Source: Sphyrna mokarran
Lineage: Eukaryota
Direction of reading: 5' to 3'
NCBI GenBank assembly: GCA_024679065.1
Contig: JAGIQG010000031.1
Span: 22,568,001 to 22,632,000 of the forward strand
Length of the DNA: 64,000 nt
Shown: one piece after another, positions 52,269 through 64,000 of the stretch
How the letters are laid out: each line of letters starts with the position of its first letter
How positions within the stretch are numbered: the first letter of the stretch is position 1
The notes under the pieces: model-generated
Seen by the model: the letters and a program-made list of their open reading frames with translations, nothing else
Databases searched by the model: none
Told to the model about the DNA's origin: nothing
Translations under genes and position numbers: made by a program

Positions 52269-52989
52269 ATTTCTGGCTGCCTCTGTCTCTCTGTGTCTGT
52301 CTCTCTCATTCAGACTCTGCTTTCATCAAACAGGCGCTTCCTTTAAACCAGATGCTACTGACAAATGCTGGATGTTTACAATTCAATGGCATTGGGGTGG
52401 ACACCATGCTGCAGTTTAATCTGTGCTCATTTAAATAAAATCTGCCTTGCTCCTTCTGAAACTCAGAAGGTTGGAGCCACACTGTCTGAAAGATGGTGGA
52501 GTCAGGCTGCATGGGAACATGTAACAGTGTATTTATTACAGGAGGTGAGGTCGTTAGCAGCACAAAAGGAAGGTGGGTTCGGGTGTTATCATTTGATGGA
52601 TTGCAGTTTGGACGGTTACAGACACCACTTTGGGAGAGTTTTCACAGTTGAAAGATTCGCAGCCAAGCCAGGCAACACTTCAACAGTATACAGAAGTTTC
52701 ATGTGTTTGTGAACTCTCATCCTTACTGATCATGAATATCATTCCAATGTTCTACAGATCTGGATGCTCCAATGTGTTTCTAATAGAGGCCATTTACAAA
52801 AATAAAAAATGCTCTTGGAGGCTATCACCAGGGAAAAAAGCAGATCTTCACATGGGCTATTCAAAGAAAGTTGTTGAAAGTAAATCATATCTGATTAGCT
52901 TGATTGATTTTCTTTATAAGCTAACAGAGAACATGGATCAACTTAATGTAGTAGATCCATGTGGACCATCAATAGCAACATAACTGTAC

Positions 52990-53690
52990 TCTAACATAAT
53001 CCACAACCTCATGGCTCAGCATATTCCCCACTCAAACAGAGGTCAACCCTGGTTCAATGGAGAGTACAGGAGGGCATGGCAGGAGCAGCACCAAGCATAC
53101 CTAAGAATGAGGTGTCAACCTGCTGAAGCTACCAAACAGGACTACTTGCATGCCAAACAGCAAGTGACAGACAAAACTAAGTGATCTCACAACCACCAAC
53201 ATGCCTGAATGAGTGCACCTCCAACAATTCTCAAGAATCTTGATACCATCCAGGACAAAGCAGCCTCATTTGATTGGCACCCCATCAACAAACATTCACT
53301 CCCTCCACCACTACCAACACCCAGCAACAGAATTGTGTAATATCTAGAATGTATACTGCAGCAATTTACCAAAGATCCTTAGAGAGCCCCCTCCAAACCC
53401 ACAACCACTTCCATCTAGAAGAACAAAGGCAGCAGATATGTGGGAATACCACCATCTGCAACTTCTCCTCCAAGCCACTCACTATCCTGACTTGGAAATA
53501 TATCGCTGTTCCTTCACAGTTGCTGGGCCAAAATCCTGGAATTCCCAGTCTAATGGCATTGTGGGTCAACCCACAGAACATGGACTGCAGTGATTCAAGA
53601 AGGCAGCTCACCACTACCTTCTCAAGGGCAACTAGGGATAAATGCTAGCCAGCCAGTGACACCCATGTCTGACGAATGAATTAAAAATAT
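52990..53690 (+). mobile_element. 3' end of the second LINE family, tail shared with SINE type C
   Basis: Ends ttcaagaaggcagctcaccac...ggcaactagggat...aaatgctagccagccag...gaatgaattaaaaa; - strand copy at 7398-7875. Confidence 0.8.
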
Positions 53691-56600
53691 GTATCTTATT
53701 TTTCAGAAAACATTTTGACAAAATGACATACAGGTGATCAAGCCTATGGAATGAATGGGAAATATAGAAACAAAATTGGCGAATGACAGGAAAGAAAATA
53801 TTGTGGCTGGAAGGTATTCAGGCTGGTCGATTGTCTGTACTGTATCCCAACACTTCTCAGTGACCTGGACATTGATGTTCTGAGCAATGTTATAAAGTCT
53901 GCAGATGATGCATTTGGCAGAGTAGCAGACAGTAATGAGGATAGTCACAGCCTTTAGGAAGGTGCAGTGAGCAGAAACATGGCAGATGGAGCTCAGTTCA
54001 GAGAAGTGTGAAGTGATGCACTTATGGAAAAACAGTTCTATAAATGGCACCATTTTCAACAGTATAGATGAGCTGAGAGACCTTGGTGTCCCTATACAAG
54101 TTGATAAGATTGTTAAAAGGCAAGTGAATTACTTGGGTTTATAAAAAGAAGAATAAAGTAAATCTCATGGGAACTGTAAGGCATCAGCTGGAGAAATGAA
54201 GATAATTCTAGGCCCCATATTTCAGCAAAGCTTATAGAATCATAGAATCCCTACAGTGCCGGAAAAGGCCATTCTGCCCATCAAACCTGCACCAAAAACA
54301 ACCCCACCCAGATCTTTATTTCCGTAATCCCACCCTGCTAATTCCCTTGACAGCAGGGGACAATTTTACCAAAGCCAATCAACCTAACCCATACACCTTT
54401 GGAATGTGGGAGGAAACCAAAGCACCCAGAGGAAACCCATGCAGACACAGGGAAAATGTGCAAACCCCGCACAGAAGGTGACCCAAGCCGGAAATCCATC
54501 CCGGATCCTTGGCGCTATGGGGCAACAATGCTAACCACTGAGCCATCATGTGCCATCATAGCAACTTTCCAAAGAGTAAGGGTACATAGAGGAAATTTCC
54601 ATGAGAGGAAGTTTCCCAAGATGTTCCCAGAGATGGGGAATTTCAGTTCTGAGGGGAAGTTGGGAAAGTTAGGACTTATGCTGGGAACAAAGACAGTTCA
54701 CAGTTTAAAATTTCTTTATTTGTGTCACAAGTAGGCTTGCATTAACACTGCAATGAAGTTACTATGAAAAATCCCTTAGAGGCAACTGAATAGAGGACTT
54801 TCAAAATGATGAGAGGTTCTGATGGAGTCGATAGAGAGTAAGCGAATTTACAATCATTGGGAAAAGATCTGAGGGTAAATGAGGAGAGATTTGAGATCTG
54901 CGATGTGCTGGCAACTGATTCCATTAATATTTTTTAAATTAGAGGAATTGACCAGGTTCCAGACATAATAAAGCAGGGTTTTTTTGTGAACAATATAGCT
55001 GCAATCACCACCCTCATGCTGTTTTACTCAGAACTCCTTGCACTGGCATGTGGGACTGGTTGCAATGCCTGAACTTACCCACTTCAGTCACTTGGCTATT
55101 ATATGATCCAGTGTTTAAATAGCATACAGTTAACATGGTGATCATTAGCAGCATCGGACGACCACAAACAGGACTTATAGGGTGGCATAATGGCACAGTA
55201 GTTAGCATTGATGCCTTACAGCGCCAGGGATCCGAGTTCGACTCCTGGCTTGGGAAACCATCTCCCCATGTCTGCAAGGGTTTCCCCTGGGTGCTCCGGC
55301 TTACTCCCACACTCCAAAGACATACGGGTTAGATGTATTGACCTGAACAGGCACCAGAGTGTGGCAAATAGTGGATTTTCACAGTAACCTCATTGCAATT
55401 TTAATGTAAGCCTACTTGTGATTATTAAATAAACTTTACTTTTGAGCATCTGTGCTTATAATCCACAAACTCTTGACTGTTAAATTCCAGCCATATCCGA
55501 TTCACACCACTATGTCCGTAATTGTAAAACCTTTTTTTTAAACACAATTCATCTGGACCTGATCTTCACGTTTCCTAGACAAACTGTTTTTACAACAATC
55601 CATTCATGGGGTACCATTAGACTTTTAATTCCAGATTTCCATCGATCGTGCTGCAAATTTTGGCCATTCTCTACGCCTCCCCCCCCACCCCTCCCACCAC
55701 CACCCGTGAACAGCTAGCCAAGACAGATGTGGCTATGGCTGGAATGCTGACGACATACCCTCCCCGATTCCAAGGGCAGGCGAGACTCAGAGATCAGCAT
55801 TCTCTGTGGGCCTCGGATGGCATCGTATGAACCTTGGGCAAACATGCCAGTGAAATTTCACCCTATGTGAGGCTTCCATATCTTCTGGCCAGTAACCAAC
55901 AGATTTGCAAAATGTGTTGGGAGGGACTCAGTGTTTCCCTCCTGTTATTCCCCGTTTGACTCAAGACAGTGTTTGACAATTTGACGCACTCCTCCATTAT
56001 CAACTCAGCTTACGCAGTCACCTCCTTGGAAGAGTCAATTTCAGCACCAATTGCAATTTCCGCTTGGAGGACCGCAAATTGTTCTCGCAAGTGAACCTGA
56101 TAGTGGTGGGGCTTTTATTTCATTGAGCCAAGACCCAGTTTTACCTGTTGGTGTTATCATGGGGGATGAGTATTAATCAAAATTAATGAGAATTGATCAA
56201 AAGCTCAACCTTATCTTTGGACTGAGGTATGGATAGGACTATTCGAATAGTTATTTCATTGAGGGTCGTGTTCACAGGCAGGATGAGTCATCAAATCCCT
56301 CCAGTGCTGAAGGAGGCCATTCGAACTACTGGGTCTGCACTGACTCTCTGACAGAGGCACAGTGGTTAGCACTGCTGCCTCATAGCTCCAGAGACCTGGG
56401 TTCGATTCCTAGCTTGGGCTTTTTCTGTGTGGAGTGTGCATGTTCTCATCGTATCTGTGAGGGTTTCCTCTGGGTGCTCCGATTTCCTCCAACAGTGTGA
56501 AAGACTTGCTGGTTAGGTACATTGATCTGAACAGGCACCAGAGTGTGGTGATGAGGGGAATTTCACAGTAAATTCATTGCAGTGTTGATGTAAGCTTTTC

Positions 56601-57273
56601 TTGTGACAAATAAATAAACTATATTTTAGAATCTTACCCTAGCCCTATCCCCATAACCCCACACATTTACCATGGCTAATCAATCAACCCAAAAAAAATC
56701 AGGACATTAAGGAGCAATTTAGTATGGCCATAACACAAAAATCCCAATTAACTCATTTTTATTAAGTGTGTGTAGCTTAGTAGATTGTATGCAGTGACTA
56801 GGGGATTTTCACAATAACTTAATTTCAGTGTTAACATAAGGACTCACATCATTCCAATTAGGATTGACACAGAGAACGATCATTATCTTGGAGGTTCGGG
56901 TTATGATGAATATAAAGATAATTTTGCAACTATCAAAATTTTCTTACCCCCAAAAGAACCACAAGTTGCATCTCATGCCCAACTTTTAATGGCAATTCTC
57001 GGTGTACATCACAATTCTGTAAGAGTGGTACAGTTTAAAATGCCTGCAAGTCCACTTTCCTCTGTGATTCTCATTAGATTGACTTTAAGTTCTATCTAGA
57101 GCTACCCTGTCTACTTGAACAGCAGCAAGGATGTGTTCGGCATTTGATGTCTCAATGATCTTCTTAAATTTTGCATTAAATTTTTAAGCCCTAAATTTGC
57201 CCCAAAACTTTGCTGAAGTTTTTTAAAATTATTTATTCGTGTCACAAGTAGGCTTACATTCATTTGCAATGAA

Positions 57274-57648
57274 ACGCAAACCAGGTTCCATTGATTCTGT
57301 CTACGCTTCCCACTGCCCCAGAAAAGCAGCCAGCATAATTAAGGACCCCACGCACGCAGACATTCTCTCTCTCACCTTCTTTCATTAGGGAAAAGATATA
57401 GATGTCTGAGGTCACGTACCAACCGATTCAAGAACAGCTTCTTACCTGCTGCTGTCAGAATTTTGAATGGATCTACCTTACATTAAGTTGATCTTTCCCT
57501 ACACCCTACCTCTGACTGTAACACTATATTCTGCACTCTCTCATTTCCTTCTCAATGAACAGTATGCTTTGTCTCTAGCATGCAAGAAACAATACTTTTC
57601 ACTGTATGCTAATACATGTGACAATAACAAATCAAATCAGATCAAAAT
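57274..57648 (+). mobile_element. Rex1/Babar 3' fragment inserted in a SINE tail, with target-site duplication
   Basis: caatgaa repeated at 57267-57273 and 57649-57655; the flanks rejoin into the SINE tail. Confidence 0.85.
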
Positions 57649-57939
57649 CAATGAAGTTACTGTGAAAAATCTCTTACTAACTTTATTAACTGAAAGTCAT
57701 TCTGAATATTTGCTGAAGTCAGACCCTGGAGGTTACAGCCAGAGGTTGAACTAACAGCATTAGGAGTTAAGGTTGGTTGAGCCACCCAAAAAATCCTGAG
57801 CCCAACTTCTCACCTGAATGTATTTCGTTCCTGTCTGTTTTGGGGGTAATCAGGTTTCCAGAACCTGCCCACCGGATGGTGGGTACGACAATGATTTGTG
57901 TGTTCTCTATGCACTGGGAGAACTCTGGAACTCACTCAC

Positions 57940-58059
57940 CTGCTTAGTGGGGACTTGTTCGATTTCGGTGGAACTCCTGATGGTGTTTGAATCCAGCACC
58001 AAGGCGCTGAGGTGAGCCAAGAGGCAGCCAAGGAACAACAGCATCACCGCACAGCCCAT
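57940..58059 (-). CDS. DKK4: Dickkopf-4 exon 1 (signal peptide and NxI motif)
   Basis: Kozak gccATGG; MGCAVMLLFLGCLLAHLSALVLDSNTIRSSTEIEQVPTKQ, donor cag|GTGAGT; resembles human DKK4 ...GALVLDFNNIRSSAD; NTI is the NxI LRP6-binding motif. Confidence 0.93.
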
Positions 58060-58199
58060 GGCTCAAAAGTAGTTGCAGAGAAAAGCAGGGAAAATTTAAA
58101 ATAACTATTCCAGCGCTCACTCTAACGTGGATGAAGGAACCAGCCACTTTATCTCTTTGGCACAGGTCCTCTTGTGTCTGTCCCGATTTAAGGAGATAA

Positions 58200-58600
58200 C
58201 CGTTTCTTATAGTCCCGCCAGCCCCCTCCTCCTCTGACGTGTGGAGGTGCTTCCCTGAAACCCCGGACGCGAGGAGGGACAGCCACTGTTTGAACTTCTG
58301 TTAAAAAACAAAGTGTTTCCGAATAAATGAAGCCCCGGGCACTTCCCATCACCGCACACCACAACAGAAAGAGCTATTCCAGATAGCCCCCCGCCCCCTT
58401 CCCATTTCCCCCTTCTTTCTTGCTGTCTGAGACAACAAATGAGTTTGGCACAAGCCAAGCACCACTTCAAACGTTCCTGCGGTCACTGCACCCTGTAATT
58501 AATGAGTGGGAAGGTGAGAGATGTCCTTCCAGTATACAGCTGGCTGCTGCTCGCCGCTTTAGGAGGAAGTACCTGGTAAGGTGAGAGGAGTTTCAAAGAC
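58200..58600 (-). promoter_or_regulatory. DKK4 proximal promoter
   Basis: Repeat-free and locally GC/CpG-richer; TATAAG on - strand (58206-58211) about 150 nt above the ATG; TGACGT (58235), GC box CCCCGCCCC (~58388), kB-like GGGCACTTCCC (58337), TCF/LEF CTTTGAA on - strand (58592-58598). Confidence 0.6.
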
Positions 58601-58707
58601 TGTGCAGACTAGTTTAAAGAAAAAAACCTTGTAAATAGATTTCTCTTACTACTTTCCAAACCTCAGGGCATCGACTTTACAGCCAATCAAATGCTTTTTG
58701 AAGTGCC

Positions 58708-59429
58708 TTGATTTAATTTGATTTGATTTATTATTGTCACACGTATTGGGATACAGTGAAAAGTATTGTTTGATTTATTATTGTCACGTGTATTGGGATA
58801 CAGTGAAAAGTATTGTTTGATTTATTATTGTCACACGTATTGGGATACAGTGAAAAGTATTGTTTGATTTATTATTATCACATGTATTGTGATACAGTGA
58901 AAAGTATTGTTTGATTTATTATTGTCACGTGTATTGGGATACAGTGAAAAGTACTGTTTCTTGCATGATACAGACAAAGCATATCATTCGTAGAATACAT
59001 AGGGGAGAAGGAAAGGAGAGAGTGCAGATTACAGTGTTGAAGTCACAGCTAGAGTGTAGACAAAGGTCAGCTTAATATATGGCAGGTTCATTCTATAGTC
59101 AGATGGCAGAGAGAAGAAGCTGTTCTTGAGTCAGTTGGTACGTGACCTCAGACTTTTGTATTTTTTTCTCGACGGAAGAAGGTGAAAGAGAGTATGTATG
59201 ATGTCTGGGGTCCTTATTATTCTGACTGCTTTCCTTGATGCAGTGGAAAGTTTAGATGGAGTCAATAGATGGGAACCTGCTTTAGGAGGCTGATGGATTA
59301 GGCTATGTTCACAACCCTTGGGGTCTAGTCAGAGCAGGAGCCATACTAAGCTGTAATACAACCAGAAAGGATGCTTTCTATGGTGCAGTTGTAAAAGTTG
59401 GTGAGAGTTATAGCTGACATTCCAAATTT
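58708..59429 (-). mobile_element. Rex1/Babar 3' fragment with reiterated 3' terminus
   Basis: Matches 38855-39365; terminal 47-mer present five times. Confidence 0.88.
58724..58958. repeat. Tandem array, 5 x 47 bp
   Basis: Unit tgatttattattgtcacacgtattgggatacagtgaaaagtattgtt starting at 58724, 58771, 58818, 58865, 58912; no spacers. Confidence 0.97.
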
Positions 59430-61417
59430 GCACTGTTGTTAAAGTAGGAAGCGCAAATTTGCGCACAGGAAGATTTCACATGACATAATTTTGGATTCTA
59501 TTTTATGTTGATTGAGAGATTATTTTTTATTTGTTCGTAGGATGTGGGAGTTGTTGGCTGAGCCAGCATTTAATGCCCATTCCTGAGGATATTTAAGCGT
59601 AATGTCCACTGCTGTGCGTCTGGAATCACATGTCAGCCAGACCAAATAAGGACAGCAGATTTCCTTCCCTAAAGGATATTTGTGAACCAGAAAGGCTTTT
59701 ATGACAATGGTTTCATTGTCACCATTAGACTTTACATTTCAGATTAATTGAATTCAAATTTCACCATCTGTCATGGTGGGCTTTGAACCCTGATCCCCAG
59801 AGCATTACCCTGGGTCTCTTAATTACTAGTCCAGTGACTATATCATTCATAAATATCAGCCAGGTCACCAACGTCCCTGCAGTTCTTCATATAGTATATT
59901 CATATTCACATGAAAGGGCAGCTGTAACATCTCACTCACAAAAAGCACTCTTCCTAAATTTCATTTGTTTGGATGTCAGTGCCACTGTTACTGGCAAGGC
60001 CAGCATTCATTTCCTTCCGTAATTGCACTTAAGAAACTGGCAGTGAGCCACCTTCTCCAACCACTGCAGTCATCTGCAGTTTGATATAAATGAGATCTTT
60101 TCAGAGAATAGTTAAAGTTGACCACATTGCTGTAGGTCTGGAGTCATATGTCAGCCAGACCAGATGAGGATTTCCTTCCCAAATGGGCATTAGTGAACCA
60201 GATGGCTTTGTGTGGTAGTTTCATGATTTGTTTTTAATGAGACGAGTATTTTATTCCAGCTTTATTAATCAAATTTAAAATCCCTGAACTGCCATGATGG
60301 GATTTGAACTCATGGCTCTACTACATTAGTTCAGGTGGCACATTGGCACAGTGGCTCACACTGCTGCCACCCAGGTTCAATTCCAGCCTTGGTCACTGTC
60401 TGTGCAGAGTTTGCCCTTTCTCCCTGTGTCTGCATGGGTTTCCTTCAGGTGTTCCGGTTTCCTCCCAGAGTCCAGAGATGTACGGGTTAGGTGGATTGGC
60501 AATGTGATTAGCAGGGTAAATGTGTGGAGTTATGGAATAGGACATGGGTGGGATTGTGGTTGTTATAAATGGACCGAATGGCCTCGTTTTGCATCGTCGG
60601 GATTCTCAGGGTTACTGGTCAAATAACATAACCATTAGGAAAAATAAGATTGAGGTATTGAAAGGAGGAGAAGTTGTCAGCACAATGGGGGAAGAGTCAA
60701 AGATATGATTTAATGGTAAGGGCAACATTGTTACTTAGGTAGGTTGGGCAGGACCAGGCCGGGAGGTTTCAGCAAGAGTCTAGGGTTGGGGTTGGGTAGG
60801 TGCCAACACTGTGAGCCAGGTTTTCTTCAAAGTCAAAATGACTGACCAGTTACCAATAAGGTCAAAATTGACAAGTTTTAAGTTTATGTATTAGTGTCAC
60901 AAGTAGACTTGGAGTACATTAACACTGCAATGAAGTTACTGTAAAAATCCTCTAGTCGCCACACTCTGGCACCTGTTCGAGTACACTGAGGGAGTATTTA
61001 GCACAGCCAATGCATTTAACCAGCACATCTTTTGAATTGTGGGAGGAAACCAGAGCCCCCGGAGGATACTCACGTAGACATGAGGAGAATGTGCCTCCTC
61101 TGCAAAGACCCAAGCCAGGAATCGAACCTGAGTCCCTGGCACTGTGAGGCAGCAGTACCAACCACTTTGCCAAGGGCTGTATTTGCCAGTGAATGGACAT
61201 TTCACAGGGAAATGCAGAGCTATTGTCCAATGGGTAAAGTCCGAAGTGATAACGGGGATTTGGGACAGACAAGAAGTGGCTCTGATATATAAATGGATTT
61301 ACCCATGACTGGGATAAGGAGAGGATTAAGGATAGGTGGGGATGGAAATTGAAGGTGAAAAACTACCTGAGATGGGAGGAATGAAATGTACCATGACTGG
61401 GTGACAGGGGAAGAGAG

Positions 61418-62438
61418 GAACAAAGAACAAAACAGCACGGGAAACAGGCCCTTCGGCCCAACGAGCCCGCGCTGCCACCCCGATGTTCCCACCTCTACCC
61501 GTGATCCCTGTCTACGTTTGTAGATCTATGGATTAAAAACCAAATTTGAGAAAATTTAGGGAGAATTTGTTTTGCCGATTAGCCTAAGAGCACACTTTTG
61601 GGATGTGGGAGGAAACCGGAGCACCCGGAGAAAACCCACGCAAGCATGGGGAGAATGCGCAAACTCCCACAGGCCCAAATCCACGTATCTGCACAGCACA
61701 GCGATAGTCACTGAGATGCCATGTTGCCCATCAAATGGTCCAGGTCAAGCGTACACTTAATGACATGAAGCACTAGGATACTCTCGAAAAAGATCCAACA
61801 GCAGCCCTCTCACGACCCATTGCGTGTATGCCCTTGTTAGACAACAAGGTGGATCAAAGCCCTGTAGGATAAAAACAAGTAAATCAATATCATCATCTAT
61901 TCACACACTTCCCAGGGACTCCCAAGGCTCATGATCCCTATTTTAAATCAATTTTCTATACCCCTCCATTCCCATTCTGTTCATGTGCCCATCTAAATAT
62001 TTCTTAAATAACTCTACAGTGCCTGCCTCCACCACTTTACTTGGCAGCACATTCCATACCCTCACCACCCTCTGAGTGAAAAAACTCCCTCTAACTTCCA
62101 AATTATATCTTACCCCCCTCACCCTAAGCCCGTGACCTCTCATGCTATTCGAGTCCATCCTAGGAAAAAGCTTAATCCTGTTTACTCTATCAATACCCGT
62201 CATAATCTTGTACACCTCTATAAGATCTCCTCTAAGTCTACGTCTTTCTAAGGAAAACAGCCCCAATTTGCCTAACCTCTCCTCGTAACTCAGACCTTCC
62301 ATACCAGGCAGCATCCTGGTAAATCTCCTCTGCACTCTCTCCAGACTCTCCACGTACTTCCGGTAGTAAGGCGACCAGAACTGGACACAGTATTCCAAAT
62401 GAGGTCTAACCAACGTTTTATACAACTGCAACATTAAC
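61418..62438 (-). mobile_element. CR1 LINE 3' portion with long 3' UTR containing the V-SINE core domain (second subfamily)
   Basis: Uninterrupted ORF2 C-terminus (ORF 61943-62464); UTR colinear with 33337-33800. Confidence 0.93.
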
Positions 62439-63204
62439 CAACAGGACATTGACAAGGCCGTCAATGCAGTAGGCTTGACTGTGGGGTAACAGTCCTGCCA
62501 TCAATCTCAAAGAGAAAATGGATGATAATGAGAACATGCAGGATGTGTTATATAAAAATTATTAAAGCCAGACCTGACCCCACACGGGTCTCCATCATTT
62601 AGAAGTATTAGGGTAGCTGTTTCATTGCCACATTGGCGCCATGAATTTAGGGAGCAGTGGATTTTCACAGGGGATCCCACTTCCCAGCCCTGTTTAGTGA
62701 CTTTGTTGGGAACATATGTATGAACGATTGTTGCTGGTTTAATTTATAGCCTCCACAATACATGATTTCCATTCATGAGCAGAATGCTAATCAGCCAATT
62801 TAATGGATGCCAAGCGTGTTACCGTCTTCATATAGAAGTGCAAAATTATTTTCCTGTGCTCTTTTTTGATGAAACATGTGATGTCCTTAATCTGCAGCTG
62901 GGGTGTCAAGTGACTCAGTGATGGGTTTCTACGCTAGCATAGTGCCGCTGTTTAGCTCAGTTACTTGGCTGAAGGATGGCTGTTCATTCAGGATTCAGAA
63001 ACCGTTAAGAAGTCTGCAGCACATCTGTCGGTGTCTGGAGGAGAAAGAGAGGTTAATGTCTCAGTAGGGCATAGTCACCAGATCTCAACATGAAACTGTT
63101 CACCTCTCTATCTCTGAAAGGCATTGATTTTATCTGAATTTACCACACTACTATCAGGAAGAGGGATGTCAATTCTGCAAAATGGAGGAGAAGAGAGGGA
63201 ATAG

Positions 63205-63563
63205 TGCACAGGATACTGCGAGGCCTGGATAGAGTGGACGTGGAGAGGGTGTTTCTGCTTGTAGGAAATACTAGAACCAGTGGGCACAACTTCAGGCTAG
63301 AGGGATGATCCTTTAAAACAAGAGATGAGGAGGAATTTCTTGAGCCAGAGAGTGGTGAATCTGTGGAACTCTTTGCCGCAGAAGGAGGCCAGGTCATTGA
63401 GTATCTTTAAGACAGAGATAGATAGGTTCTTGATTAATAAGGAGATCAGGCATTATGGAAATGGGGTTGAGAAAAATATCAGCCATGACTGAATGGCAGA
63501 GCAGACTTGATGGGCTGAGTGGCCTAATTCTGCTCCTATGTCTTCTGGTCATATGGTCTTATG
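63205..63563 (+). mobile_element. CR1 LINE 3' fragment, short-UTR type
   Basis: Matches 29285-29630; ends ...cctatgtcttctggtcatatggtcttatg. Confidence 0.85.
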
Positions 63564-64000
63564 GAGTGTCAAGCTATAGGGGGAAGATGAGACAGAGGGA
63601 GGTGAAGATTTCCAGATCTTAACATCCTGGATTACATTGAGTTATAATCCAAGGTAAATAATAATCCATGATTCCAGAGTTAAGATGACTAGGTTGGTGG
63701 AGAGTTGCACTGGGCTAATTTGTGCTAAAACTACACATAAATTTTATTTCAGCTATTCCAAAGTATTACTGGGATAATTATTGCTGTATACATTATTCCA
63801 GCACAATGTCCTGATGCACACAATCTGCCTCACTTTCTCGTGATGTTCCTTGGGTCTGGATTTAGGGAGCACTGCTCTTTCTTATGAATCATTTTCATTT
63901 TTACCAAACATGGAACTCACAACCACTAGAAGCTCTTGAGGTCAACAGCACTTCAGGGAAAAATACATGAGAGAGTTAACAGAGGTGATCATATCTTTTG

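Noticed and set aside
58540-58590. Divergent + strand first exon (ctg|gtaagg), e.g. VDAC3 leader or lncRNA
   Set aside because: Only a donor-like hexamer; no downstream exon recognised within the window.
58724-58958. CRISPR-like array
   Set aside because: Units are head-to-tail with no unique spacers, derive from a LINE 3' end, and the genome is a vertebrate one with no cas genes.

Overview
Eukaryotic, repeat-rich window from a cartilaginous fish, probably a shark (inferred from HE1/V-SINE, CR1, Rex1/Babar, Tx1 and Penelope-type repeats). It holds two convergent spliced genes. On the + strand are the last three coding exons of DNA polymerase beta (POLB: 5295-5359, 13975-14114, 26678-26772). 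On the - strand is a complete four-exon Dickkopf-4 gene (DKK4: 58059-57940, 49757-49607, 44612-44445, 31776-31526; 690 nt = 229 aa + stop; all introns GT-AG and in phase). This is the same tail-to-tail order as human chr8. Nearly all other ORFs in the track are spurious or retroelement remnants. Most notable: (1) two divergent CR1 LINEs that both carry the V-SINE core domain and a conserved hairpin in a long 3' UTR; (2) one SINE head joined to two different LINE-derived tails; (3) RYHW instead of the conserved LRP5/6-binding RHFW in DKK4; (4) an unexplained ~250-bp inverted repeat in the last POLB intron; (5) a 5 x 47-bp array of a LINE 3' stem-loop nested in an old SINE just upstream of DKK4; (6) decayed hammerhead-ribozyme motifs; (7) candidate TCF/LEF and CTCF sites. 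Repeat boundaries are approximate (read by eye) and repeat family names come from recalled consensus sequences, not a search. One 132-N assembly gap lies in DKK4 intron 1.
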